Part shown: in pieces, positions 16,769-41,040 of the stretch | Numbering within the stretch: position 1 is the stretch's first letter | Layout of the letters: each line of letters begins with the position of its first letter | Assembly: GCF_009914755.1 (NCBI RefSeq) | Contig: NC_060926.1 | DNA: 64,000 nucleotides | Source of the DNA: the human T2T-CHM13v2.0 reference genome, Homo sapiens | Reading direction: 5' to 3' (one strand) | The notes under the pieces: model-generated | What the model was told of the DNA's origin: nothing | Seen by the model: only the letters and a program-made list of their open reading frames with translations | Databases searched by the model: none | Translations under genes and position numbers: made by a program

Positions 16769-17565
16769 AAATTTGTTTTTCATTTAACAATCTTGAAAAT
16801 CCACATCAATTCCACATTCTGCTTCATATAATACCAATTAGAATAGAAAAAGTGTTTAAAACTAAGTAAAACTAAAGCTTCAGAATAATGCTGCCATATT
16901 TATTATGTGGTTTTGCATTCCCAATCTCTCCCTCCCAATCCCCAACCCTGTGTGCATGTGTACATACACTTTGAGGGGACCTAGGGGTACAATACTCCAG
17001 TTTTGAAAAGTAGGAAAGTAGAGGGTATCATCTCCATCCATTATAATGAAGAAACTGACATTCACAGTCTCAGATAATATATTAAAAATATTTTATAGGC
17101 TACTTATAATTATCTTTTGTGTTAACCTCTCAATAAAATTTAAGCAAAACTTTAAAAATCTGTAATTTAACTAATGTACAATAAAGAAACCATTAACAAT
17201 GCATAACCATTGCAAGTTCTGTTTGACGGTATACTGTGTAAAAAGAGAAGGGGATTTTCAAAATAACAGCGATTCTAATCTTGCCACATTGGCTAGAACT
17301 AATAATGGTCAGGCAGTGTCAAGTTTAGTGCCCTGTTTTTCATCATAGCTAAAAGGTTCACATGAATGGCCTCATATCCACAATATGCTAAAATGACATT
17401 CGGCTAAATTGGCAGAAATGGCTAAGCTGGTGTCTTTTATTGTATCACTGTTTGGTATGCATTGCCAGTTGAAGAAAATGAACTTCATTCTGTTAAGAAC
17501 GGGGCTGTCTGGTTATTAGACCACTTGAGTTGGAATCCCAACTCAAACACTGAGTAGTTCCATCA

Positions 17566-21560
<3,995 letters not shown>

Positions 21561-21945
21561 ATAATAATAAGATAATAAAAGGAAATAAATAAAATAAAAA
21601 CCCAACCATGATATTTTTACTCAAGTATCCATGATTACCAAAAATTAAATATGTTCCCCAACAAAAAAACTAACAGGAAAAAAAAGCAGCCATGGGTCCT
21701 GTTGGACAAATAATCATCTAAGTTATCTACACAGATGTCACAACATGGGAGCTAATGCATTTCAGGCAATTCTCCAGTATCAAACACTCATACAGCCACA
21801 ATAGGTAACATTTTCCTATAGAGAAAGCACTTTTAACCTTACAGTGAGTGAATAAACAGAAACAGTGCTTTTAGTCAAAATTCTTTTAAAAGCTTTGTCA
21901 CTGGAATTTCTTAATGACACTTGAAATAATAGTTTCCACGGATTA

Positions 21946-22828
<883 letters not shown>

Positions 22829-22947
22829 TCACTGGGGCATCCTAACTATCTAACTGTCCCCCAAAAGGGGAATGGAAAAATCGGCTCATTCTGATAAAAA
22901 GAATGAACTGGATCTATGAATCAGCATAAATCACGTCAATCATATGA

Positions 22948-23319
<372 letters not shown>

Positions 23320-24329
23320 TCAAAAGCACAGAAGAATATTAAGTAAAATTTTATGGATACATACGTATGTATTAAATGGACTAAAACATGGCGGGAACAC
23401 CACAAATTACCTGGAGGAAGATTTTCATTGTATACATTACACCTCTTTAAAGGAAATTATTTGGAGCAAAGTGTAACAATTGGCTACTACTGGTGGTGAA
23501 TATGTAGATGTCTATCATGTTTTATACTTTGGTTAAAATGTTTCAAAATTAAAAACAAATTTTATTTTTAAAAAATATTCGAAATAAAAATGTAACATAT
23601 GCTTATTGTACAGTAACTTTAAACAACATGGAAGCATAAAGAGAACACCCCCCCACACATTATATTATTATAAGGCAGATGTTCTAAGTTAATGATATAC
23701 ATTTAAATAACTAAATTGTGCATGCAACAATGAACTATAAAATGTACACACACATATGAGGAGAATATACCAAAAATTTTAACTGTAGTCATTTCTGGAT
23801 AGTAGGATTAAGTCTTATTTTCTTTTTTATACATTTATCTGTGTTGCATATTTCCATTAATATTATTAGTGAAAGAAAGAAAAAAGGAAACTACAAAATG
23901 CAAACTCAAAATCATCACTGGGTAAAAACTTACACACCAACTCACCTGACAAGATTCTACTTTACATCTGATTCTAAAAGTATCAGACTATCTTTAAAGA
24001 TTGGCCTCTTTAAATATTAATATCCAAAACCATACAAGCCAAAAGAATTGTGCCAATAAACTATACAGCTTTAAACTTCTACTTTTGCATAACAAAAGAT
24101 ATCTGTTTTAGTCTCCTGTATTTCTAGCATTGTCACATCAGAGTAGATGGTCCTGTTATGAATTAGATGTTATCATATGGAAAAATCTCCATACCAAATC
24201 TCGATTTATATCATAAAAATAAAGCTATGTGTAAATAATGATGTAGCTGTAGGAAATGAAATAGGACAGCATGCAGTGTTTATGTAATACATTGTAAGGC
24301 AACTGAAAAATATAAACATTGCTGTGTAA

Positions 24330-26800
<2,471 letters not shown>

Positions 26801-27080
26801 TTTTTTAAAGAAACAAGCAACCTAAAAGACTTCATAGCAGAATTAGAATTAGAATTCACTTCTGATATATGCAATTTTCTGATTATGTATTGTTCTTCAA
26901 TACAAAGTTTTTAAAAGGAGGAACATCTATCTAAATGGCCTAGCAATCCCACTCCTTTATCCAAGATAAATGAAACATCTGTCCATAAAAAGACTTGTGC
27001 AAAAATGTTCATAACCATTTTCTTCAGAATAGTCCCAAACTAGAAGCAGCCCAGTTGCCCACCAACAGGAAAATGGATAA

Positions 27081-27757
<677 letters not shown>

Positions 27758-28357
27758 TTAATTAATACAAAGTTATAAAACAGGCAAAACTTACCTGTGC
27801 TGAAGCAACTATGACTGCAGTTGCTTTGGGGATAGGCAAAGAAAACAGAGAGAAGGAAAAGATAAAGAGCAGGGTAATGGAAAATGTTGTATACCTTGCT
27901 GGAGGTGTTCCGAAAAAAAATACTATGGACATGAAAAAACTGTAAGTCTATAAAATGCTACTCAATTACTAAGTTAAATACTTAATTTTTTATTTTTAAT
28001 TAAGGGTACTTTTAAATTCACCTTGAATAATTCCTAAAAGGATAATGCAAAATTCAAATTTAGGCTTCTGAAATAAGCCTATAATTTCGACTGTATTGAA
28101 GAATAAATTTTATTAAAGTCTCAATTTGCTAACGTTTTTTAAAAAAATGTTTTATTACTGTATGTGTTGAAAAATTATAGGTATATACATTTATGGGGTA
28201 CAAAGTGATATTATGATTTCTGATATAATGTGGAATGATTTCACTTTGCTGAAATTATCTACTTTCTTCCACAAACATTACTTTCCAATTAGTATTAGAA
28301 CCAGAATGTCTTGTCCCAAGTGCTTTAAGATGACTTCATATAAGAATACTATACACT

Positions 28358-28997
28358 GGCCAGGCGAGATGGCTCAGGCCTGTAATCCCAGCACTTTGCG
28401 AGGCCAAGGCAGGCAGATCACCTGAGGTCAGGAGTTCAAGGCCAGCCTGGCCAACATGGTAAAACCCCATCTCTACCAAAAATACAAAAATTAGCCGGGT
28501 GTGGTGATGGGCACCTGTAATCCCAGCTACTTGGGAGGCTGAGGCAGGAGAATCACTTGAACCCAGAAGGCAGAGGTTGCAGTGAGCCTACTGCAGTGAG
28601 ATAGGAGCGAAACTCTGTCTCAAAAAAAAAAAAAAAAAAAAATACAATACACTATGAAGTGGAACTTAATATGAAAGGCTCATTATTAACAATTTTTCTT
28701 TTTCTTTTTTTTTTTTGAGACAGAGTCTCGCTCTGTCACCCAGGCTGGAGTGCAATGGTGCGATCTCAGCTCCTGCAACCTCTCCCTCCCAGGTTCAAGC
28801 AATTCTCCTGCCTCAGCCTCCTGAGTAGCTGGGATTACAGGCACATGCCACCACACCCAGCTAATTTTTGTGTTTTTAGTAGAGACAGGGTTTTGCCACA
28901 TTGGCCAGGCTGGTCTAGAACTCCTGACCTCAGGTGATCCGCCCACCTTGGCCTCCCAAAGTGCTGGGATTACAGGCGTGAGCCACCGTGCTTGGCC
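28358..28997. mobile_element. Inverted Alu pair: plus 28358-28641, minus 28693-28997
   Basis: Alu consensus in opposite orientations, tail to tail. Confidence 0.93.
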
Positions 28998-29414
28998 TAA
29001 CAATACTTCAGTAAGACTGTATAGTAGTTTCCAAAATGGTTACCTCCATTTATACCCCAGGATGTATGAGTGATGATTCACTGGGGTATACGAACATCTT
29101 ATTAGAAGTTCTATTTTTATTTAATCCTTATCTTAATACACACATGTATTTTATATATAATACATATTTATCCTTAACATACAGACACTGGCGTCTTCAC
29201 CGTGGCCACCTGTCAGAGAATCACACACCATACAAAGTAACATAAGTATTCTGGTATTAAATAATTGTAGGTATTGTGAGGCTAGAGTGATAGTAATTAC
29301 TATCTTTAATACATTGATTCTTTTTCAATAATAAAGGATCTACCCTTTTGTAAGCTTCTACGAGAGACTGGTATTCCAGAGAAGACATATTCTCAACAGT
29401 AAATGATTTCCTCA

Positions 29415-29737
<323 letters not shown>

Positions 29738-30893
29738 GTATAGAAAACTGTATTATATAATCCTTCATGAAGCAGCTGCTTTGACCTCAATGAAACAAAG
29801 GTGGAGGAGAGGGTAAGGTTTAAGTCCAAGGGCAAAGCAGAATAAAAGAGAAACTGAAGCAAGAACAGAGCCAAGTGTTAACGGATGTTGTTATTGATGT
29901 TGTTAAGGAGTGATCATGGTATTTTGTACCAAACAGGTTTGTCTCATGGCAAATCATTTAAAAAATTGTGCAATTTAAAGATGAAGTAAGCATTTATCTT
30001 TTATAAAAAGAGTAGAGTTCTAAATTTGCTGAATTTCTGTTGTAAGTGGCTGTGCTGTGGCAGTATGCTACCTAGACATAGTTTCTAAAAACAGAAACAT
30101 GGTTAATGCATCTGTACCTTAAAGGTAAATGAGACATTTTAAAACTTAGTAAGAAAATAGCTGTATTCTAAAAAAAAAAAATGTGTCATCTTAAAATACT
30201 CATATCTACACACTCTAAGAACAGAGAAGCCATTTCTAACTTTTTAAATGCCTTCCAAACACAGTTTTGGTGGATTTTGAATCCATTTATTAAAACTTTA
30301 TAAATACAAATCCTCACACTGATTTGCAAGAATAGCTGATTGACAAATAGGGAGAACAAACTTTGTACTAGCCCAATCTGCATAATTGATGGATACAAAC
30401 TTAACAGTATCTCCTAATAGAAAGTACAGCCGAAGAGGCACTTCTTCTTTTTGGATATATGTTCCTACATGAGCTGCCTTGTCAGCTAAGAGAAGCATTA
30501 AAAACCAGTAACATAATAAACAGATTCAAGAGCCAGATTTGGAAATTTCTGTGTTAATGAGTACTATAACCAAGATTTTTCAAATATAACGTATCATATT
30601 CATTGTTGCTGCCTTAAACTGTATATGTTTATTCTAAAAACTTAGGGTAAAAAAATTTTGAACCATTACTGCTTATTAAGTACACTATTCACAGATAAGT
30701 AGGATCACTGATTTCCTTTACCAGTTTCCAATGTCATTTGTTACAATATGAAATAAACCAAATGAGCCAAGAAATAATTATCCTTTATAAAGTAAACATT
30801 ATTGGAAAATTAGAACAAATTATATTTGGGAAACATGCAAAATTTGGGATATATAAAGAATATATTTTCAAGTCATATTACTGGTTGTTTTGC

Positions 30894-31611
<718 letters not shown>

Positions 31612-32502
31612 CTACAATAATACTGGGCCTACTGAATATGTTTACAGTCCAATTTTTGCTAGCTATCACCATTCTTCACCATGGGGCTTAAATTTTAATA
31701 GTCTAACATAATGGTAAATCCTTGGCTTCCTGATCTTGTTTTTCTTCTCATCTAAAGGGATGACTTGTTCCTCCTTTTGTAAACTTTATCTGTTCACCCA
31801 TTTTCAACTCAAAGACCCTTCTGCTTCTTTGTGGTCCCTGCGTCTTCAGTGTCATCTTCTACTGATTCCTCGTATTTTATACCTAAACTGGCATCCTCTC
31901 TATTGTGGAGAACAGAATACCTATCTTAGATTTCTCTATTATGCCTAGCTCTGCTTAGAGCAGAAAAACAGTATGCATTTTATTAAGAGCAAATACATAT
32001 ATACTTTTCAAAAAGCCAATTTATAAGACATAAGTGATATAGTTTAAGACATCTGCCTTAAAGCATGAAAAATACCTTAATAGCAAGAAGAGCATATGAA
32101 AAAGCTTTAGAGATCATACAGTCTGGAGTTTTAAAAACTATTTCACAACAAAACTCATCCAGATGAAATTTTACACAGCCTCTCAAATATATAAAGCTGG
32201 CAAAAGCATTGCTATTTTATGTTCAAATACATTATGTTAATTTATTGTAAACTCAAATAAAGAGATAAACTAAGGGTTAGAGATGTTAAACAATCCATTT
32301 ATTTTTGTATGCTTTGTTTTGATTTCACCCAGGTAAGCAGTTGCAGCTCTTAACAGTCCCATCTACAGTCTTCAGGATACTCTTCAAATACACTGATCCA
32401 AATGTTTTAAACAATAAAAGGAAAAGCTTTATTCTTAGGAATTTCTGCCCCATCGCACCCCCAAAATTAGCCACGTATAACCATGTAGCACTATGGTCTT
32501 CA

Positions 32503-34335
<1,833 letters not shown>

Positions 34336-34369
34336 TCTTTCAAAGAGTATATGTGTGTGTTGCTTTAGT

Positions 34370-34770
34370 GGCAGTGTAAAAACATGGTTAAGAATACAAG
34401 CTTAAGAATTAGGCTGCCCGGTTTCAAATCCAGCTCTGCCACTATAGCTCTGCAGTCTTTGGGCAACTTATTGTCTGTGCCTATTTTCTCAAATAATAGA
34501 CTCTATTTCATAGGGTTATGGCGAGAATTAAATAAATTATCACATATAAAGTGTTTAAAACAGTGTACGTCATACAGTGGCCACTTTTTATTATTATAAG
34601 TTTAAAATACATTTTTATTGAGATTAAAGTCAAACATCTGCAGAATCTCTGAAATTCTCAAGTTCAGTGAAACAGTTTAAGAAGCAGTGATCTAATCCAA
34701 ACTTCTCATTTTATAGGTAAAGGAATTAAGAGTCCAAGATAAGTTATCTGCCTGAGGTCACATCTTGCTT
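34370..34770. mobile_element. MIR fragments
   Basis: ggtttcaaatccagctctgccact...ttgggcaa; ctcattttatagg.aaggaa core. Confidence 0.65.
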
Positions 34771-36420
34771 CACTAATATTAATTTTCCTAAAATTAAGTG
34801 TTTGGGATTAACAATACTAATGTTGACATTCAATTACTTCCAAACCAAGGCAACCAAAGCCATGAGATTCTACAATGTGTAACCAAGAATCTGTGAATAG
34901 TGTGACAGTTATCCACGATGCCAATCTAGTAAGTATTTATGGGGTGAGCACCAAAGGGCAGCAAAACCAAAAGACATAATCATCCTCAAAGACAATGGTT
35001 AAAAACACCTCTTTGGAAAATAAAGAGTTAAATATTTGTGAAAACACACCCAATAGTGCCCACTACTCCACTCCTTTCACCCAGTCACATACTCTATAAT
35101 CTTAGTGAGACCTCTGAGTCTGAAAAATAAGCTGCTGCTTCTACCAAATAAAGCTAACGTTTATCATAAGGCAACATCTACAAATAATTCTTTATTACAT
35201 TCAAACAGGAGACAGCAATCTAAATTATACAAAATGTCTAACCCAAAAAATCATGAATTAAGCTTTTTGTACTTACTTGAGTAGGGCTGCATCTGGTTTC
35301 TGGGAAATTCACCACACAAAAAGCAAAATAACGGAGACAATCTTTGAAGGTCAGACTCAACAAGAGTTAAAAGCTATTGAGCGTCTCTATTTTGCCCCTC
35401 CCCCAAAGGTCCTCCCCCTCAATTCGGCTCTCAAAGGATAGCACCACCATGTGAAATGTCCTCCTCCCCATCTGAATCTGCTGAAATCCTACTCATCCTT
35501 AAAGGTTTCACTTAAATGCCGAGGCTTCCATGCATTCCTCCCTCAATTTAGAATTAATCTCTCTTCTTCGCTCTCCTATTCTATACCTCAACATTTTACT
35601 ATATAGTTCACTGTATTACACTTACCTACATTCACTAACCCCCCGCACCGCACCCCCAAAAAAACCACCCCGAGGAGGAAAGGAATTTAAGGTGCTGTTA
35701 AACACCTCTATGCCAGGCAAGGTGCTACGCATTTTGCATACATTATCTCATTTAATCTACATGAAAAACATCTGGGGAGGTAAACAGGTGGTGTTATTCC
35801 CATTTTACTGATAGGGAACGTACTGCAGAGTTCAATAGCTTATCCAACTCACATTGCAAGCCAATTCCAGGGCGTACGGTTTCCCCCACTCCGAAGAGCT
35901 CTTTCCACCACCCCATGCTTGTTCACCTGGTGTCACCCAGCCTAACTGACAGAGTAGGTATTCCATAAATGTTTGCTGAATTTAATATCCCCATGGACTG
36001 ACTCTTTAATAATCCGATCACGCCTCATCCCTAACCCGTTACCTTTACTGTTCCTTAACGGTGGACTTTACCTACATAAGCAGCTCTCCACATTTCCCTG
36101 AGAAATGCTGCAGACAACATCAACCCTTATTGGAAGATTGAGTGAAGAACTTTTCCATTCTCCCGGATTTCCCCAACGGATCTTCCCAAAGAATTTAAGA
36201 AATGCACACACGCAAGACACATGTAACACTTACACCCTCCCTCAAGGCTCTTATTTCATATTAAACCATGTCTTCGAGCTTGTAAGCAATAAGGTTTATG
36301 CGGTTTCCAGCTCACACAGTGGGGACACCCTAAGTCACTGCCTTAAGAAAACCACATCTTTCAACCTGTCTTAACACGAAGGCATCCTAATACTATCACA
36401 CTGCCCCCTCCCTCCGTCCA

Positions 36421-36436
36421 CCCCCCCCCCCCCCCC
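36421..36436. repeat. C16 homopolymer
   Basis: Read directly. Confidence 0.97.
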
Positions 36437-37022
36437 ATGAATTGCAGTTTGGATTTCCGGCGGGAATGTATAATACAGACCGCAAGAGGAGACGCGGTTA
36501 AAAAGCAATGAAGCAATTACTTATCCTGTTTAATTAGAAAGAAGACACAGAAGGAGCCCCGCCTTTCAAAATCTCTGCACTGAACTCATCTATGAAAGAT
36601 GGGGGCATCGAAACCCAAGCAATCCGACATCCAGTAGCTGGTTTCTGCAGCTGGGCGGGGGAAAGTCCTTTCCTCCCTGCGGTCCCGGGCCACCAGCCCC
36701 CGGTGCTGGGTCGGAGAAGCCTAACCGCACCCTCCCAGGCGGCCCCTTATCTCATTGTCTCCCTCCGTCGCGGTCCCCAGGGGCGCAGGGTGCAGTCCAG
36801 GCCCCACCGACCTCCATCCACCAGCCGGGAGCGGTCCAGCCAGCCCCGGCCCGATCCCCAACCTGGCAACGACCCCGCCCCAGGCTGCCGCCGACCGTAC
36901 CGCACCCGGATGGCGGGGCCGGGCGCCGGGAAAATGGAGGCGGGAGCGGCAGGAGCGCCTCACGGCCCCGCGCCCAGCCGGCTCCCTACCCCCTGGCCCC
37001 GAGGGCGAGGCTAACCACTCAC

Positions 37023-37255
37023 CGCGGCAGTCGGTCGGCCTTCCCGCGGCCCCGGGCAAGGAAACCGCCGCTCGCGCTCCTCCAGCCGCTGCCTCCGCCT
37101 CCTCCCCAGGCGCGGCGCTCCCTCGCCAGAGACGCAGCGACTGCCAGCAGCTCCCGCGCCGCGCGCTCAGTGACTGACTGACTGACTGACTGACTGACTG
37201 ACTGACTGACTGGCGGGCGGCTGCGGGAGCGGGGGCGGGGCGGCCGCAGCGCCCC
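37023..37255 (-). other. RAPH1: Non-coding first exon (5' UTR) of a minus-strand gene, tentatively RAPH1/lamellipodin; 5' boundary approximate
   Basis: Lies in the CpG island; ends in consensus donor CGCG|GTGAGT (+ strand actcac 37017-37022); no minus-strand ATG seen in the exon. The gene name comes from my recollection of the 5' UTR text (cagt repeat ... GAAGGCCGACCGACTGCCGCG), not from a database search. Confidence 0.6.
37171..37212. repeat. (TGAC)10 / (CAGT)10 tetranucleotide microsatellite
   Basis: Ten perfect TGAC units plus TG, read directly. Confidence 0.98.
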
Positions 37256-37256
37256 G

Positions 37257-37277
37257 CGGCGGCGGCGGCGGCGGCGG
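37257..37277. repeat. (CGG)7 trinucleotide repeat
   Basis: Read directly. Confidence 0.95.
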
Positions 37278-38605
37278 AGCCGAGTGTGCTCGCGTCCAGC
37301 CGAGACGCAGAAGGCGGGGTTGAGGGCCGGACTGCCGACTGTAGGGCCGACTCGCGCGGGACCGCGCGCCGCCCCCGCCCGCCGCCAACCACTCACTTCC
37401 GGCGCAGGCCGCCGCGCCCGCCGCCCTTCCCTAGCCCGCGCCCCGCGCCGGCCCTCCGCCCTCCCTTCAGGCGCCCGGCCGCGCCCGGCCGCACTCAACC
37501 GCGGCTCCGCTCGTGCCTCGCCTTTCCTCCGCAAGTCCCTGTGAGCCGCCTACAGGAACGAGTGAATCAGAGAATGAATGAGTGGGGAGGAAAATCCCAG
37601 TGCTGCCCCACCCCCTGCTCGCCTTTCATAGGAAGCCGGCCCAGCAGCCTCTGTCCTAGCGCCCTGGGAGGCACAGCAGCCTCCAGCAGTTCTGTCAGGG
37701 AGCTGTACGCATCCACCTTTATACGCTGTCCGTGTATTCAGAGACTCCAGAAACGCATCCGGGGTTGGCTCGGTCACTTACAGGACCATTGTCGTTGAGA
37801 TCTGTGAGGCCCTTCTTTAGGAAATCCCATTTTGGCCAAAAAGTCTCTGCAGTTTCATGGAATGTATTGGGAAACTTAGGAACGGGACATTTCGATGACC
37901 TTTACTTTTTAAACTTCGAAATCTGTTAATCCTGCCTCCTTAATTTCTGTCCCCCCACCCCATCGGAATTGTGTAGTAGTAAGGTGTCGGCATTTTTCCT
38001 TATCGCTAAGCTCAGCTGCTGCCTCTTTAGATGCAGGCTTGACTTCGGCAGACTTTTAGATTTTAAGTATGTCCTTATTTTGACCTTCACCTAAAGTTGA
38101 TCAAAGAAAGGAACAAATGGAACTAAGTTATGTTTGCTTGGCTACATGCAAAGCAAGTTTGTTGACAGCATTAAAACAATTGAGAAATTGGGAGTGTGAC
38201 CTGAAATTGGTTGCAATGAACATTGCTTTTTCATGTCTTCCCATCTGCTTGCTAAGAATTTATTTAAATTTTCACAAAGCATTGACTGTACATTCCTGAA
38301 ATCCTAGCTCCCTCTCTAAGAATGAGAGTGTTCATTTCTCTGTCCTGGGGCCAAATCCTGGTTTGGTTAATTACATTCTTACTTCCTGATATTCTTGAGG
38401 ACTTTCAAGTGGTTTCAGTCTTTTTTGTACAATCTGTTCCAAACTGGTACACAATCTGTTTCAAATTGGTATTTAGAACCATACAATACAGATACTGGCT
38501 GCCTTTCACACTTGAGATATCTGTACTTTTGAAACATAACTGCCCTTTTGTATTTTAAGTTCAGTAGGTATGTCAATATTCTTGTATAGAATAATACTAT
38601 CTCTT

Positions 38606-39004
38606 GACTGGATTAAGAAAATGTGGCACATATACACCACGGAATACTATGCAGCCATAAAAAAGGTTGAGTTAATGTCCTTTGTAGGGACATGGATGAA
38701 GCTGGAAACCATCATTCTCAGCAAACTATCGCAAGGACAGAAAACCAAACACCACATGATCTCACTCATAGGTGGGACTTGAACAATGAGAACACTTGGA
38801 CACAAAGCAGGGAATATATCACACAGGGGCCTGTTGGGGGGATGGAGAGGGGGGAGGGATAGCATTAGGAGATATACCTAATGTAAATGATGAGTTAATG
38901 GGTGCAGCACACCAACATGGCACATGTATACATATGTAACAAAGCTGCACGTTGTGCACATGTACCCTAGAACTTAAAGTATAATAAAAAATAAAAATAA
39001 TAAA
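38606..39004 (+). mobile_element. 5'-truncated L1PA (PA4/5-like) 3' end
   Basis: WIKKMWHIYTTEYYAAIKK C-terminus of ORF2, G-rich 3' UTR, A tail, perfect 18-bp TSD agaataatactatctctt (38588-38605 and 39005-39022). Confidence 0.95.
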
Positions 39005-39421
39005 AGAATAATACTATCTCTTATAAATGAAGATGATCCTGCTGACCAACTTCTTTTAGACTTCTCTTCCTTTCTTGTGGGAATCATCATTTGCCACCTA
39101 ATTATTTCAAGAAGTTATCCTCCAAAAGTGAATATAATACAACACTTTATTCATCCTTGTATCTCCCACAATATCTAGCATAGTATCTTGCACAATAAGT
39201 ATTTATAAATTAATAAATGCTTTAAAATTTTTCATAAGTGATAATTTTATACAAATGTATCTAGTCTTTCACCTCATTTCCCTTGTGACCAAGTTTGTTG
39301 ACATTAGACACACCTGGGTGCCAAACTTAATGAATCCTATTGTCATTAAATGTACTAGGCTGTGTGATACCTTACAAGGAAGATGATTCATTTAAACCTC
39401 CTTAAAAAAATAGACGATTGA

Positions 39422-39719
39422 AGCCAGGAGTGGTGGCTCGCACCTGTAATCCCAGCACTTTGGGAGGCTGAGGTGGGCGGATCACCTGAGGTCAGGAGTT
39501 GGAGACTAGCCTGGCCAACATGGTGAAATCCCATCTCTACTAAAAATACAAAAATGAGCTGAGCATGGTGGCGGGTGCCTGTAATCCCAGCTACTCAGGA
39601 GGCTGAGGCAGGAGAATCACTTGAACTTGGGAGTGGAGCTTGCAGTGAGCCAAGATCCTGCCATTGCACTCCAACCTGGGTGACAAGAGTGAGACTCCAT
39701 CTCAGAAAAAAAAAAAAAA
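39422..39719 (+). mobile_element. Alu (S family)
   Basis: TSD aaaatagac(g/c)attga. Confidence 0.93.
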
Positions 39720-39859
39720 TAGACCATTGAGTGCCTTTTACATAGGTCTTAGCCAACTCTTCTCCAAGTGCTTAGCCTAAGATCAAGGTTAATTAAAAGA
39801 GAAAAAAGGTCACTTTCAGTCATTGAGAAAAGAGTGTTCTCATCAGTTTCTTTAAACCA

Positions 39860-41040
39860 TTAAATCATTCGTTCATTCAATCAGAGTTTATTAAGCTACA
39901 ATTAAGGCCCAGGAATACAAAGACAAGAAAGACGTGGCATGATGCTTCCTGCCTACAAAAAGCATACAGTCTAGTGGGTAAAGCAGGTAAGGAAGTCATT
40001 GTTAGACTGGAAGTCCATTACCAGATCAGGAAAGCCTTCCTGATGGGGAGATTCTTGAACTGAATGTTAAATGATAGGGAGGAGCTAACCAGAAGAAGGA
40101 GGGAACAAGCATTCCAAACGAAGAAAACAATATCTCTGCAGGTGTGTGGAAGCACCAAGCATCACCATGCTTTAGAGGCACCGTAAGTGTATTAGTCCGT
40201 TTTCATGCTGCTGATAAACACATACCTGAGACTGGGAAGAAAAAGAGGTTTAATGGACTTACAGTTCCACATGGCTGGGGAGGACTCACAATCATGGCAG
40301 AAGGTGATGAGGAGCAAGTCACATCTTACATGGATGGCAGCAGGCAAAAAGAGAGCTTGTGCAGGGAAACTCCCATTTTTAAAACCATCAGATCTCATGA
40401 GACTTATTCACTATTATGAGAACAGCACGGGAAAGACCCACCCCCATGATTCAACTATCTCCCACTGGGTCCCTCCTACAGCAGGTGGAAATTATGGGAG
40501 CTATAAGATGAGATTTGGGTGGGGACACAGAGACAAACCGTATTAGTAAGTAATTCCATTTTGTCAGAACAGGCATAGAGAAGAGTCAAAGAGGTTGGAG
40601 GAAAGGGTAGGAAGGGCTTCATTCATGAAGGGGCTCTTGTTAAACTAAGGAATTTGAATTTGATACTCTGGGAAATGTAGTAAATAATAAAATATTTGAA
40701 GTATTTTAGCTCCAGAACAACTGAGTTTGTGTTTTGGAGACCAAGAAGACCAGACTGGAGCAGGAGAAAATTAGGAGGTGATGGCAACAACCTGAATCCT
40801 AATGAGATGTGTGCTGCAGGTCTCAATAAAATCAAGAGGTCATAAAATGGCGAGGAGGGACTAGATGGGAGATATATTAAACAGGTAGAATCTACAGAAT
40901 ATATAACTGGATATGAGGGAGTGAATGCAACAGAGACATTTAGAATGACTCTCAGGATTCTGGTTTAGAAGAGTGACTGAATGGTGGTGACCTCTGAAAT
41001 AAAGAGCGTGGGAAAAGAGCAGGTTTCAGGGAACTGGCTG
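39860..41040 (-). mobile_element. L2 remnant hosting a THE1 solo LTR
   Basis: cattcgttcattcaa...tttattaag start; tacagtctagtggg; agaatgactctcagg motifs. Confidence 0.6.
40188..40545 (-). mobile_element. THE1 (A/B-like) solo LTR
   Basis: tgtattagtcc...ggggacacagagacaaaccgtatta with perfect 5-bp TSD gtaag (40183-40187 and 40546-40550). Confidence 0.93.

Larger units (their letters stand above)
36590..37800. promoter_or_regulatory. CpG island promoter
   Basis: Abrupt rise in GC content and CpG density against a CpG-depleted background; GC box gggggcgggg at 37231-37240; ETS motif acttccgg at 37395-37402. Confidence 0.95.

Noticed and set aside
36592-37798. Overlapping Ala/Arg/Pro/Gly-rich ORFs of 140-223 aa on both strands
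   Set aside because: Expected from stop-codon scarcity in a CpG island; mostly non-ATG starts, low complexity, several run through the splice donor, no recognisable domain.
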